The notes: generated by a model not told the origin, from the letters alone. A stretch of DNA of 64,000 nucleotides from Acidobacteriota bacterium (GCA_003577105.1 QEUQ01000006.1:14286-78285), one strand, 5' to 3'; counted from the first letter of the stretch, positions 26,716-37,148 are shown. Numbers and translations: made by a program.

Positions 26716-27985
26716 CCCACTCGTCGGTCAGGTCGAAAAGCTTGGCCAACGATTCGGCGAGCAGTGCGCCATCGGCCGTTGCTGCGAGCTCGCGCATGCG
26801 CACCGTTGGAGTGTGAAGAAGCTTGTTAACCAGTGAGCGGGTGAGAGAGTCGACCAAGTCGAGATCGTCGTGTTCAAGATCGGCCAGCCTTCCCGAATAC
26901 CTGGCGATCTCGTCTGCGCGAGTCTCCTCCGCCGCCTTCCTCAGAGCCGCGATCAACCCGCTGTAACGAGCTGCCATCTCATCTTCGAGAAAACGGGTGA
27001 CTTCTCCGGCAATGATTTCGCGACCTCTCCGCGCCTCGGTGGCTCTCTTCTTGCGACCTTCATCGGCAAAGCTCCGAAGCCCGTCGATGTCAAGCAGGGT
27101 CACGCCTTCGATGTCCGCGGCAGATGGATCCACGTCGCGGGGAACCGCAATATCGATGATCATCAAGGGGCGATGGCCCCGCTCCTCGGCCATCTTTGAC
27201 ACGCGCTCGAAGCTGAGAACCAGATCATCGCTGCGTGTCGAGCAGACCAGGATGTCAGAGCGCGCGACCACTTCGTCTAGATCGGAAAGCTCAGCGGCTG
27301 CAGCTCCCACAACGCCGGCGAGCTCAATTGCCTTGTCAATGCTGCGGTTGACCACCGTCAACGTTGCGGCACCCGCGCCCTTCAATGCCCGCGCTCCGGC
27401 CTGCCCTGCCTCGCCTGCACCTAGGACAACCACATCCCTTCCGGAAAGGCCACCGAATTCTCGCCCGGCCAATGCAACAGCGGCAGACGAAACAGATGCG
27501 GCGTTTTCCGAAATACCGGTCTCGGTTCGAACTCGCTTTCCGACCTCGAGTGCCCGCCTGAAGACTGATGAGAGGGTGCGCTCGATGACGCCTTCCTCCT
27601 GAGCTGCCTTGAAGGCCCTGCGAACCTGACCGATTATCTCGGTCTCGCCAAGGACCATTGAGTCGAGTCCGGCGGTCACGTTGAAGAGGTGCGTGATAGC
27701 GGCGTCGTCGTAATAGGTGTACATCTGCTCAGCAAAGACTGCCGGCTCCAGGTGATGGAACTCGGAGAGGAAATCCCGAATCTCCGCTGCCGCGGGATGG
27801 AACCTGCTGGCATTTACATAGATCTCAACCCGATTGCAGGTCGAAAGGATCACTGCCTCGCCGACGTGCTCGCACTGGAGGATCCCGGCTAGCGCCTTGG
27901 GGAGGTCCTCGTCACGAAAGGAAAGCTGCTCGAGTACTGATACCTCGGCTACTTGATAGTTGAGGCCCGTGACTATGACAGACAA
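26690..27985 (-). CDS. hemA: Glutamyl-tRNA reductase
   Basis: STCNRVE, GLDSMVLGETEIIGQV, GAGE, DIAVPRDV, NKLLHTP. Confidence 0.96.
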   Translation of the reverse strand: MSVIVTGLNYQVAEVSVLEQLSFRDEDLPKALAGILQCEHVGEAVILSTCNRVEIYVNASRFHPAAAEIRDFLSEFHHLEPAVFAEQMYTYYDDAAITHLFNVTAGLDSMVLGETEIIGQVRRAFKAAQEEGVIERTLSSVFRRALEVGKRVRTETGISENAASVSSAAVALAGREFGGLSGRDVVVLGAGEAGQAGARALKGAGAATLTVVNRSIDKAIELAGVVGAAAAELSDLDEVVARSDILVCSTRSDDLVLSFERVSKMAEERGHRPLMIIDIAVPRDVDPSAADIEGVTLLDIDGLRSFADEGRKKRATEARRGREIIAGEVTRFLEDEMAARYSGLIAALRKAAEETRADEIARYSGRLADLEHDDLDLVDSLTRSLVNKLLHTPTVRMRELAATADGALLAESLAKLFDLTDEWDAGSDSDA

Positions 27986-28599
27986 TCTGCAATCCTTCTT
28001 CGTGCAGCTTCAAGATCGCCAGCCCTGATCATCTCGAGTACGTCATTTGACGCGGCAGCTTTCCACTTCTCTTCCATGCCCTCGGTGGAATGACCCCGCT
28101 CGTGCAGGCGATCACGGGCCTCTGACATCAGTTCCGTCAAGACCCCCCACTCCTCACCGATTTCTTCTTCGAGTCGCCCCTTTAGTATCGCAGCCATGGC
28201 GGGGCTTGCGCCCCCTGTCGAGACAGTGACCGTGACGGGACCTCTTCGAATCACTGCAGGGAGTATGAATCTGCAATTCTCCGGATCATCCGCGGAGTTC
28301 ACCAACACCCCAGCCGACTCCCCTTGCGAATAGACAAGCTCGTTGATCCCTGGATCATCGGTTGCGGTAACAGCGAGAGTGATTCCGTCGAGATCAGACT
28401 GCTCGTACCGGCGCTCCACCAACTCGACCGAATCCGACGCCACGAGGTCGCGCATCGCCTCAGAGATCCGCGGGGCCACTACCTTGACCGTTGCACCTCC
28501 CCGAAGGAGCCCGCGGGCCTTGCGAGCTGCCACCGGCCCACCGCCAACCACTAGGCACTTCCGACCGTCGAGCTGAATGTGAAGCGGGTACCACGACAT
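27973..28599 (-). CDS. sirC: Precorrin-2 dehydrogenase / sirohydrochlorin ferrochelatase (SirC/Met8-like)
   Basis: VVGGGPVAARK, ATDD, VNSADDPENCRF, STGGASP. Confidence 0.9.
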   Translation of the reverse strand: MSWYPLHIQLDGRKCLVVGGGPVAARKARGLLRGGATVKVVAPRISEAMRDLVASDSVELVERRYEQSDLDGITLAVTATDDPGINELVYSQGESAGVLVNSADDPENCRFILPAVIRRGPVTVTVSTGGASPAMAAILKGRLEEEIGEEWGVLTELMSEARDRLHERGHSTEGMEEKWKAAASNDVLEMIRAGDLEAARRRIADCLS

Positions 28600-29270
28600 C
28601 AGGTATGTGAACTGGAGAACTCAGGCGTGCCCGCCTCCCGGCGCTGCTGGTAAAACGAGAGAATTTGAAGCTCAATAGCAAGGTCGACTTTTCGAAGCGA
28701 CACACCTTCGGGAACGGAAATGACCACCGGTGCGAAATTGAGGATCGAGCGCACCCCGGCCTCAACCAGCAAGTCTGCGACCCGCTGGGCCTCCGACGCG
28801 GGAACAGCGATGATCCCAATCGCAATCCCGTCTTCCTTGGCGACATCGGCAATGGCATCCATCGGCCTGACGGTCAGACCGGCAAGCATCTCCCCTTGCT
28901 TCGAGGGATCGGAATCAAACAGCCCGACTATTCGAAATCCTCGAGCCGCGAATCCTTTGTAGTTCGCTAGCGCCGAGCCGAGGTTTCCCACGCCCACGAT
29001 CGCCACCGGCCGATCCTCGGTAAGGCCGAGTTCCCGGGAGACCTCGTGAAGCAGGTAGGTGACGTCATAGCCGACTCCACGGGTGCCGTAAGAGCCCAGA
29101 AACGACAGATCCTTGCGTACCTTCGCTGCATTGACACCTGCCATTTCGGCCAGACGCTCTGATGAGATCGTCGCGACTTCGCGGTCGGACAATTCGAGAA
29201 GACTTCGATAGTAAATAGGGAGGCGCGAGACCGTTGCTTCGGGGATTCGGCGTTCGCCGTCCGGCGTCAT
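28599..29270 (-). CDS. rex: Redox-sensing transcriptional repressor Rex
   Basis: IPEATVSRLPIY, VRKDLSFLGSYGTRGVGY, GVGNLG, ILNFAP; start MTPDG at 29270. Confidence 0.97.
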   Translation of the reverse strand: MTPDGERRIPEATVSRLPIYYRSLLELSDREVATISSERLAEMAGVNAAKVRKDLSFLGSYGTRGVGYDVTYLLHEVSRELGLTEDRPVAIVGVGNLGSALANYKGFAARGFRIVGLFDSDPSKQGEMLAGLTVRPMDAIADVAKEDGIAIGIIAVPASEAQRVADLLVEAGVRSILNFAPVVISVPEGVSLRKVDLAIELQILSFYQQRREAGTPEFSSSHT

Positions 29271-29380
29271 TGACGAGCAACTCCAGTAGATGTCGGGGAT
29301 CCGCACTACGGAACGATCAGACCTCGACGAGATCCGGCCCATGTGGGAGCACACAATGCACAAGTCCATATGATATGAGC

Positions 29381-29398
29381 TTGTGACTGAATTCTCAA
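29381..29398. promoter_or_regulatory. Rex operator candidate upstream of rex (autoregulation)
   Basis: TTGTGAC-TGAA-TTCTCAA vs TTGTGAA-N4-TTCACAA (2 mismatches). Confidence 0.7.
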
Positions 29399-29470
29399 AG
29401 TCACAATCACTTAATGCAACTCGTATTTTGAGCGTCATGACCGCTGGAAAGCGTGGAGGGAGACTCCCAG

Positions 29471-30307
29471 ATGTCCGTAGCTCTCGGCATCGTCGCGACC
29501 GCTGTCGCGGCGGTCTTCGCCCTCTCGATGTTCAGGCGATACCGGATTCGAGGCGGGAAGCACCATGCCGCCTGGGGCATATCGATGATCATGTTCGCGG
29601 TGGCGAGTGCCGCGCTCACTGCGGGTCTCGCCTTCGGGTGGAACTCCGAGATCTTCAAGGTCTACTACTTGTTCGGGGCGATTCTCAACGTTCCATATCT
29701 CGGATTGGGAAACGTCTACCTCCTTTGGGGCGACCGTGCTGGTTATGTCGGGCAGCTCATCCTTGGAGCTTTTCTAGTCGCATCGGTTGTGACAATTCTG
29801 ACTGCCCCCGTCACCAATCCGCCCTCGGGCAGCGAGATTCCCTCGGGCAAGGAGGTGTACGCGTCAGAGTCACATCCTGCTCTCCCAGCTGGATGTGAAG
29901 AAGTGCGTCCTCCTGATTGCCTCCCGTTCGTCAAACGAGATCCGGTAGCGGTACTGCCGAGGGTCTTTGCGGTGTTCGGCAACATCTTCGGGACACTCAT
30001 GGTTGTCGGAAGCACGGTTACTTCGGCCATCAGGTTCTTGCGGCGGCGCAAGACCGACCCCTTCGCGGGGCGCCTTGCTCTTGGAAACATCTTGATTGCG
30101 GCAGGGGTGATGATCGTGGCAAGCGGTGGCACCTCTGCCCGCCTTGGGACGACTTCGGTGCTCCCCATGACACTCGCAGCAGGCGTGAGCGTGATCTACT
30201 CGGGCTTCAGGGTCGCATCGAGGAAGCTCGCCGACGACGCGGAGAGCGGCGACGGAGAATCGATAGAACCGCAGGGCGAATCGGAAGCGCCGGGTGATCC
30301 CCAATGA
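29471..30307 (+). CDS. Polytopic (~7 TM) hypothetical membrane protein
   Basis: GGAGGG RBS before ATG 29471; repeated hydrophobic helices; Pro-rich loop with Cys pair. Confidence 0.8.
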   Translation: MSVALGIVATAVAAVFALSMFRRYRIRGGKHHAAWGISMIMFAVASAALTAGLAFGWNSEIFKVYYLFGAILNVPYLGLGNVYLLWGDRAGYVGQLILGAFLVASVVTILTAPVTNPPSGSEIPSGKEVYASESHPALPAGCEEVRPPDCLPFVKRDPVAVLPRVFAVFGNIFGTLMVVGSTVTSAIRFLRRRKTDPFAGRLALGNILIAAGVMIVASGGTSARLGTTSVLPMTLAAGVSVIYSGFRVASRKLADDAESGDGESIEPQGESEAPGDPQ

Positions 30308-31035
30308 AACCGTACGCAATCGTCACAGGTGGAGCCGGCGGAATCGGCAAAGCAATATCCGGCCGGCTGGTGGATGACGGATTCGACGTTCTCATCGCCG
30401 ATTTGGCTAGGGAAGCGGCAGAAGCAGTTGCGACAGAGCTAGGCGAGGGATGCGCGGCGATCGAAATTGACGTTTCCTCGCCAATCTCAATAGCGCGCGC
30501 GTTTGAGGAAGTGATTGGCGAACGTTCGGCCCCAGCGGTTCTCGTAAACAATGCGGGGTGGGACTTGACCATGCCGTTTGTAGAAAGCGACCTCGAATTC
30601 CGCCAGAAAGTGCTGGCCGTGAATCTTTCTGGTGCCATCGAATGCTCCTGGCATGCGAGCAGAGCAATGCTCGAAGCAGAAAGCGGCACGATCATCAACG
30701 TCGCGAGTGATGCAGGAAGAGTGGGTTCCACTGGCGAGGTGGTGTACTCGGGTGCCAAGGGAGGAGTGATTGCCTTCACAAAGGCGCTAGCTCGTGAGGT
30801 CGCCCCCGCAGTCAGGGTCAACTGTGTTTGCCCCGGCCCGACCGACACCCCCCTGTTGGGGGCGATCGCCGAGGAAAACCCCGCTTTGGTCCGTGCTCTC
30901 GAGCGGGCGATTCCGCTCAGGAGAATTGGCGCCCCCGCCGATGTTGCCGGCGTCGTCTCATTCCTCTGCTCTGACGACGCCGCCTATATGACAGGGCAGA
31001 CGATCTCGGTGAGCGGTGGCCTGACGATGGCCTGA
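30304..31035 (+). CDS. SDR family oxidoreductase (BadH/FabG-like)
   Basis: TGGAGGIG, NNAGWD, YSGAK, CPGPTDT. Confidence 0.93.
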   Translation: MKPYAIVTGGAGGIGKAISGRLVDDGFDVLIADLAREAAEAVATELGEGCAAIEIDVSSPISIARAFEEVIGERSAPAVLVNNAGWDLTMPFVESDLEFRQKVLAVNLSGAIECSWHASRAMLEAESGTIINVASDAGRVGSTGEVVYSGAKGGVIAFTKALAREVAPAVRVNCVCPGPTDTPLLGAIAEENPALVRALERAIPLRRIGAPADVAGVVSFLCSDDAAYMTGQTISVSGGLTMA

Positions 31036-31051
31036 GGCGGTCAGCTCTCGC

Positions 31052-32503
31052 TCAGCCGGAGCGCAACTCGCCTCTGCGAATCTTGCCGATGAATGTGTGC
31101 GGGAGCTGATCCACAAAATTGATCTCGACGGGGACCTTGTATCGAGAGATCCGGCCCGTGCAGAACTCCCGGATCACCTCTGAATCTCTCACGACGCCTG
31201 TCGAGACCACGTACGCAACGACTTCTTCCCCCGTCCGCGTACTCGGGCGGCCGACGACCGCCGCTTCGCGAATCTCCGAGTGCGCAAGAAGTACCTCCTC
31301 TACCTCGGCAGGAAAGACGTTGAAGCCCGAAACGATGATGATGTCTCTTGAACGATCGACCAAGTAGAGCCGACCCTCTTCGTCAGCAACTGCCACATCA
31401 CCAGTCTTCAGCCACCCGTTAACCAGCGTCTCAGAGGTTGCCTCGTCATCATTCCAATAACCGGCGAATAGGTTCGGTCCGCGCACCCAAACCTCGCCGG
31501 GGTCACCAAGCAGTGCTATCGAACCGTCACTTGAACGTAACTCGACTTCCACTCCGGGAAGTGGCCGGCCCACGCTTCCCGGGGTCGGTTCTGGATCCAT
31601 GCGTGTAGTTGACACGACCGGAGATGCCTCGGTCAGCCCATATCCTTCCCAGAGCGGCTTGCCGAAATGCTCGCCGAATCCCTCATAGGTCTCGATGTCG
31701 AGTGGCGCCGCTCCGCTCACAGCGACTCTCACGGATTTCAGCACCTTCTGCGGCGGCTCGAGCGATAGCCAGCCGGCAAAGACCTGGGGCGTGCCCAGCA
31801 CTACGCTCACCTTGAATCGCTCGATTGCCTCCAGCCAGGCAGCTCCGCCATGAGCGTACGGAAAGGCCAGAGTCGTACCTGTGTAGAGGCTATAGCCGGC
31901 TACCACGTTGAGACCGAAGATGTGGAAGAAGGGGAGCATGGCAAAGCCGACATCGTCTGGCTCGGCCTTCATGCCCGGATGCGCATCGAGCTGATCGAGG
32001 TTTGCGCGCAAGCTCCCGTGCGTCAGCACGGCCGCCCTCGCCTCACCAGTGGTCCCAGAGGTCATGAGCATTGCCGCAGGATCGTCATCATCGACATCGA
32101 GTGTTTCGGGCCCGGGGTCGGATTCGACCAATTGGGCCGGATCGAAAATCTCTGCACCTACCCCGCGAGCGGCCTCAGCTGCTGAGCCATCCGCCACTGC
32201 GATTCCCGTCTCGGTGCTGACCAGCCCCCGTGCAAGCTCCGCGCCAGGCGACAGCACGTTTAGCGGAACGGCCACCGCGCCGAGGCCCAGAGCTGCGACA
32301 TAGGTCTCTACGAAGGCTGGTCCTGAAGTCAGAATTGCCACCCTGTCGCCGTGCCTGACCCCAGCTCGCGAAAGCCCGCCTCGTATTCGAAGAACGCGCT
32401 CGGCCAGCTCGCCGTTTGTGGTAGCACCATCGGAGGTGAGAAATGCGGTTCTACCGGGATTCGTTGCCGCAGCGCGGAGCAGCCGAGCCGCCAAGTTCGC
32501 CAC
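31052..32503 (-). CDS. AMP-dependent acyl-CoA synthetase (long-chain fatty acid-CoA ligase-like)
   Basis: TSGTTG, GYGLTE, TGD, SGFNVFPAEVE, GKI. Confidence 0.93.
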   Translation of the reverse strand: MANLAARLLRAAATNPGRTAFLTSDGATTNGELAERVLRIRGGLSRAGVRHGDRVAILTSGPAFVETYVAALGLGAVAVPLNVLSPGAELARGLVSTETGIAVADGSAAEAARGVGAEIFDPAQLVESDPGPETLDVDDDDPAAMLMTSGTTGEARAAVLTHGSLRANLDQLDAHPGMKAEPDDVGFAMLPFFHIFGLNVVAGYSLYTGTTLAFPYAHGGAAWLEAIERFKVSVVLGTPQVFAGWLSLEPPQKVLKSVRVAVSGAAPLDIETYEGFGEHFGKPLWEGYGLTEASPVVSTTRMDPEPTPGSVGRPLPGVEVELRSSDGSIALLGDPGEVWVRGPNLFAGYWNDDEATSETLVNGWLKTGDVAVADEEGRLYLVDRSRDIIIVSGFNVFPAEVEEVLLAHSEIREAAVVGRPSTRTGEEVVAYVVSTGVVRDSEVIREFCTGRISRYKVPVEINFVDQLPHTFIGKIRRGELRSG

Positions 32504-32624
32504 TTGTCACTTTCCCTCTTGCCGCGTGAAGACGCATCAATCTACCCGAGCCCGAGCGGTCTTCCGCCAACATCGCTGGACTACCATGGCAGACGATAAG
32601 CAGACACTTGGAGGTAGTGCACCA

Positions 32625-33584
32625 ATGCGAATGGGCCGGAGACTCTCAGCGATGGCTTTGGGATTGCTCATGGCAACAAGCTTCGTCATCTCAACGGCTT
32701 CCTGCACCAAGAACTCAACCCCCGACGAGAAGACGGTCACCCCGTCTCCTATACCCAGCACTCAGACCGGACCTGGGCTGATTGGCCCCATGAAGCGAGT
32801 CAAAGTCGGCGAGGTCGACTATGCCTACCACGCCTTTGGCAGTGGCAAACCTCTAGTAATGATCATGGGGTTCTCGGGCACGATGTCGATTTGGGATACG
32901 CGCCTGTTGGCAAACCTCGCCTTGGATCATCAGGTCACAATCTTCGACAACCGCGGAATCGGTTTCAGCACGGACACCGCAACAGGACCCCTCACGATGG
33001 AGTCAATGGCCGACTCTACTGTTGCCTTGATCGAGGCCCTCGGCCTTTCAAGACCCGATATCGTCGGCTGGTCTATGGGGGGCGAGATAGCTCTGACAAT
33101 TGCCACCAGGCAGGGGCACAAGGTGGACAAGGTAGTTGCCATTTCTGCCGACCCTGGATCGGCCAACGCTATCTATGCAAGTGAGGATATCGACCGAGAG
33201 CTGAGCGACCCCAACACAACATTTGACCAGCTCATGCATCTACTGTTTCCTGAGGACGCTAAGGAGGCAGAGAAGCAGTACCTCGATTCGCTAAAGGGAA
33301 TTCAGCAGCCTCCGCCCAATCCGCAAGGGATCGCACGCCAAGCCGCTGCCGAAGACGCGTACTCGACGAGCAACTCCAACTGGGACAAGCTCGGATCGAT
33401 CAAGAACCCGGTTTTGCTAATGACAGGCAACAAGGATCTAGTAGTACCGGCCGAGAACTCAGCCGTCATGGCTGGGAAGATTCCGGGGGCTTGGCTCGCG
33501 CAGTTCCCGGGAACGGGGCATGGCCTCCCCGCTCAGGAACCTGATCGCGTCGCCGCTGTGATCAAGAACTTCTTAGCCATCTAG
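32625..33584 (+). CDS. Secreted/lipoprotein alpha/beta hydrolase
   Basis: GGAGG RBS before ATG 32625; TASC lipobox-like; FDNRGIG, GWSMGG nucleophile, D and GHG catalytic residues. Confidence 0.9.
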   Translation: MRMGRRLSAMALGLLMATSFVISTASCTKNSTPDEKTVTPSPIPSTQTGPGLIGPMKRVKVGEVDYAYHAFGSGKPLVMIMGFSGTMSIWDTRLLANLALDHQVTIFDNRGIGFSTDTATGPLTMESMADSTVALIEALGLSRPDIVGWSMGGEIALTIATRQGHKVDKVVAISADPGSANAIYASEDIDRELSDPNTTFDQLMHLLFPEDAKEAEKQYLDSLKGIQQPPPNPQGIARQAAAEDAYSTSNSNWDKLGSIKNPVLLMTGNKDLVVPAENSAVMAGKIPGAWLAQFPGTGHGLPAQEPDRVAAVIKNFLAI

Positions 33585-33908
33585 CTCGTCTCGGTCAGCA
33601 CCGAGATCGTTGCGAAGAAGATCCTCGCGTCCGATCCGCTTGGTATATGCAGCCCTGCCGATCATGTGTGCCGCCACCGGCGCGGTCATCAGCTGAAAAG
33701 CGATCACCAGCAGCAACCTTGACGCGAGCCCGACAGATGGATGTGCGACCACCGCGGCAATTGCAACCAGGACCAAGCCGAGTACTCCGGGCTTGGTGGC
33801 TACATGGATTCTGGCGAAAAAGCCTCGCAGTCTGAGAAGTCCGATGCCGGCAACGGCGGCAAGACCGGCACCGGATACTGCAAAGAGGGTGGCAACCAAC
33901 CCCCTCAT
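33573..33908 (-). CDS. mrpG: Mrp Na+/H+ antiporter subunit G
   Basis: GLLRL..FFARIHVATK, TAPVAAHMIGRAAY. Confidence 0.92.
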   Translation of the reverse strand: MRGLVATLFAVSGAGLAAVAGIGLLRLRGFFARIHVATKPGVLGLVLVAIAAVVAHPSVGLASRLLLVIAFQLMTAPVAAHMIGRAAYTKRIGREDLLRNDLGADRDELDG

Positions 33909-34198
33909 GAAGTCTCCTCGAGTTCATCGGAATCGTCGGCCTGCTGCTCAACGTAGCGAGCCAGAGCGGTCGTACCCAGGAACCCCAAGATGCTTATGAC
34001 CAGCATGACATCCACAAACGGGGTGCCCGCGTCTGGCGAAAAGACGATGTAGAGGGCAATGCTCATCGTGATCAGTGTGATGAGCGTATCTGCCGCCAGC
34101 ACCCTGTCAGGCATGGTCGGACCCATGAGGAGCCTGAGGACAATGACCGAGCCGCCGCAAGCCACTAGGCAGAGTGCAGCCACTGGCCCCCAACTCAT
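33905..34198 (-). CDS. mrpF: Mrp antiporter subunit F
   Basis: GPTMPDRVLAAD, GFLGTTALARY. Confidence 0.92.
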   Translation of the reverse strand: MSWGPVAALCLVACGGSVIVLRLLMGPTMPDRVLAADTLITLITMSIALYIVFSPDAGTPFVDVMLVISILGFLGTTALARYVEQQADDSDELEETS

Positions 34199-34767
34199 CG
34201 CGACACCTTCGCGCCGGATTCCTTGGGTCGAATTGCGCGAACCGCCAGACGCTCGAGCGTGGCGACGGTCTCCTGCACACTGGATCCCTCTGTGAATCGC
34301 AGCGTGTGTACATAGAGTTTGCGAGGCGCATCCGAGATCTCAATAGTGAGGGTTCCCGGCGTCATGCTCACGCTGTTTGCGACGATCGTCGCAACGAGTG
34401 CCGAGCCCGTCTGCATCTCGCATTCGATGATTGCCTGTCTGATTTTGGGCCGCGGACTTAGGGTCTGAATCGTCAGGTCCAATGTCGAACGAATAAGGAG
34501 ATAGGCAAAGACAGCCAGATAGATGGCCGCGCGAAAAGGATTGATCCGAAAACTCTCATCCTCGCTGAACTTGGCGTCGCCAACGGCCGGCGGCACTAAG
34601 CCTTGATCGACCAAATCCTCGAGTGCGCCAGGCTTCGCTCGCCTCGACCATGCGATCACCACAACAAATCCGACGATCGCGCCTGTCAACAAGTTCGCCG
34701 GGCTCAAGTCGCCCCACAGCCCGGCCCAGATCAAAGCTAGTGGAATTGTGCGGAGAATGACCTTCAT
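34195..34767 (-). CDS. mrpE: Mrp antiporter subunit E
   Basis: ANSVSMTPGTL, LYVH. Confidence 0.92.
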   Translation of the reverse strand: MKVILRTIPLALIWAGLWGDLSPANLLTGAIVGFVVVIAWSRRAKPGALEDLVDQGLVPPAVGDAKFSEDESFRINPFRAAIYLAVFAYLLIRSTLDLTIQTLSPRPKIRQAIIECEMQTGSALVATIVANSVSMTPGTLTIEISDAPRKLYVHTLRFTEGSSVQETVATLERLAVRAIRPKESGAKVSR

Positions 34768-36296
34768 TTCAGAACCGCCGCCGCGTAGATCTTCGGGTCC
34801 ATGATTTGTTCGGCGGCGCGTAGTGAGAGCTCGTAGAGCGGTCCTGCTACAAGCGCGATTGCGAGGGTGATTCCAACTAGGCCCGCGGCGGCAATTGCCA
34901 GGTGCTTGACGCTTCGGTTGAGCGCTGCATCTATCGGTTCACTCTCGTCATGTTCTGGGAGCTCAGCCTTTTCAGCTGGCGTTTCATCTAGATTCTCATG
35001 CTCGGGAGAACCCCAGAACGCGCCACCCCAGATCTTCATCATCGAATAGAGAGTGAGGATGCTGACGATTGCAGCAACAGCAGTAGCCGCGAATTCCCGG
35101 CCGTCGATACCAGCGCGGATAAGGGCAAGCTTCGCCGCGAAACCGCTGAACGGCGGAAACCCTGCAAGGCTGAGCGCCGCAAGTATGAAGAGTGCTGAGA
35201 GCCATGGCCTGCGATGGGCTATGCCTCCAAGCTTCTTCAGAGATGTGGTCCGGTGCTCTTCCTCGATCACGCCGCCGACGAGAAAAAGCGAAGCCTTGAC
35301 GGGGATTTGATGGAGCATGAAGAAGATCGCTCCAGCGAGACCGGCCGCAGTAGCGATGCCTACCCCGAAGATCATGTACCCAACCTGGGATACGACATGA
35401 AACGAAAGGATCCGCTTCATGTCGGACTGCGCAATGGCGCCAAGGACTCCCACGACCATCGTTAGTGCCGCAATCACGACCATGACCTTGCCAGCGCTGA
35501 CAGCTGGAAACATCACTGACTTCATCCTGATGATTCCGTAGACGCCGACCTTGGTAAGCAAGCCCGCAAAGACAGCCGTGACCGGGCTGCGTGCCACGGG
35601 ATAGCTGTCAGGAAGCCACATGAACAAAGGGAAGATGGCTGCCTTGACCCCCAAGATGAAGAAGAGAAAGGCCCACAGAACTTCCTGGACATTTGGCGGA
35701 AGTGCAGATATCCCCCCGGCGAGTTGGGCGAAGGAGACGGTTCCCGTCATGTAGTAGGCCAAGGCAATCGCTATGAGAAAGAGTGCCGAGATGACCACAT
35801 TGATCACCACATAGGTGATGCCGGCCCGGATCCCATCAGCTCCGGCTGTGAAAGTTAGCAAGAAGAAGCTCGCAAGCAAGATGATCTCGAACGCCACGAA
35901 GAAGTTGAAGAGGTCCCCCGTGATCGTGGCAAGGACCACACCTGTCGCCATCGCGAGATACGAGGGGTGGAAAGCCGAGGCTTCGTCGTCGGTTCCGGGC
36001 TCCACGATCGCGAAAATCAACACGCAGAGCAGAACAGCAAGCGCAACTGTCAAGACCAGCGCCGACAAGAGATCGAAAACGAGAGTGATGCCAACGCCTG
36101 CCGGCCATCCGCCAACTCGACTCACCAGAATCCCGCCACTCCTAACCTCGAGGAGAAGCAAGACCGAAAGCACCAGGCAGGCCGACAAAGCGACGACTGC
36201 TATTACCCTCTGGAGCCAGAATCTCCCGAACGCCAGAAGAGCTGCAGCCGTGCCTGTGAAGGGGATCCAAAGCAGATACGGAAGGGCTGAGCGCAC
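34764..36296 (-). CDS. mrpD: Mrp antiporter subunit D
   Basis: GDLFNFFVAFE, KAAIFPLFMWLPDSY, LLTKVG, GFPPFSGF..K. Confidence 0.94.
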   Translation of the reverse strand: MRSALPYLLWIPFTGTAAALLAFGRFWLQRVIAVVALSACLVLSVLLLLEVRSGGILVSRVGGWPAGVGITLVFDLLSALVLTVALAVLLCVLIFAIVEPGTDDEASAFHPSYLAMATGVVLATITGDLFNFFVAFEIILLASFFLLTFTAGADGIRAGITYVVINVVISALFLIAIALAYYMTGTVSFAQLAGGISALPPNVQEVLWAFLFFILGVKAAIFPLFMWLPDSYPVARSPVTAVFAGLLTKVGVYGIIRMKSVMFPAVSAGKVMVVIAALTMVVGVLGAIAQSDMKRILSFHVVSQVGYMIFGVGIATAAGLAGAIFFMLHQIPVKASLFLVGGVIEEEHRTTSLKKLGGIAHRRPWLSALFILAALSLAGFPPFSGFAAKLALIRAGIDGREFAATAVAAIVSILTLYSMMKIWGGAFWGSPEHENLDETPAEKAELPEHDESEPIDAALNRSVKHLAIAAAGLVGITLAIALVAGPLYELSLRAAEQIMDPKIYAAAVLK

Positions 36297-36728
36297 CTAG
36301 GTTTCCCCCCTCTCGTCATCCTCCTCCAGCAGGTCTAGCTCGTCGCCGAGCTGATCGAGGTCCCGATCACGCTCGCCTCTCAGTCGAGCGATCCGCCGGT
36401 CCTCAAGATCATCTTCAACCTCGTCATTGCCCTTGAGAATGAGTGCTCGATACGCGAGTCCGAGGGCGAAAACTGTCAACCCGAACGAGATGACAATTGC
36501 TGTCAGCACGAAGGCCTGAGGAAGCGGATCCGAAATCGCCACCGCCACCCAAGTTCCGTTGATGATCGGAGCGCGTCCTAGGGAAGCGCCTCTAGCTATG
36601 AGCGTGAGGTTTGCGGCGTGGGTCAGTAGCCCGAAACCCAGGACTATTCGGGTCAGGCTTCGCTGCATGGCTAGATAGAGCCCTGCCGAAACCATGAGCG
36701 CAACCAAGAACGCAAGACTCAGACTCAT
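36297..36728 (-). CDS. mrpC: Mrp antiporter subunit C
   Basis: DPLPQAFVLTAIVISFG. Confidence 0.94.
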   Translation of the reverse strand: MSLSLAFLVALMVSAGLYLAMQRSLTRIVLGFGLLTHAANLTLIARGASLGRAPIINGTWVAVAISDPLPQAFVLTAIVISFGLTVFALGLAYRALILKGNDEVEDDLEDRRIARLRGERDRDLDQLGDELDLLEEDDERGET

Positions 36729-36729
36729 C

Positions 36730-37148
36730 TCAGGGCCCTCTGCTAGTCAGGGCGAGGAGCGCCTCGTTGACCGAGCCGGCAACGACCAACAAGATGCCGG
36801 TATCGAAAACGAGGCTGGTGGGGAACTTCACCTGGCCAAAGAACGGGATCGCAACGGTGAAGATCTCCTGCCCAAGCAGGTCTCCACCGAAGAAAACCGG
36901 AACAATGCCGCTAATGACGGCAACTCCGAAGCCCACCCCGACGAGTAGTACCGGGCGCACGAACTGAATCCGCATGAGCCCCGCCCGCCCCTGCGCCACA
37001 TAGAAAAGGCTGAATAGGCCCGCAACCACCAGACCGGAGACAAACCCTCCCCCCGGAGCGTTGTGAGCTGACACGAGCAGGAAGAGAGCGAGCAGGCTCA
37101 GGATCGGAGCGAGGCCCCGAAGCGCAACGTCGAATATGACCGACCGCT

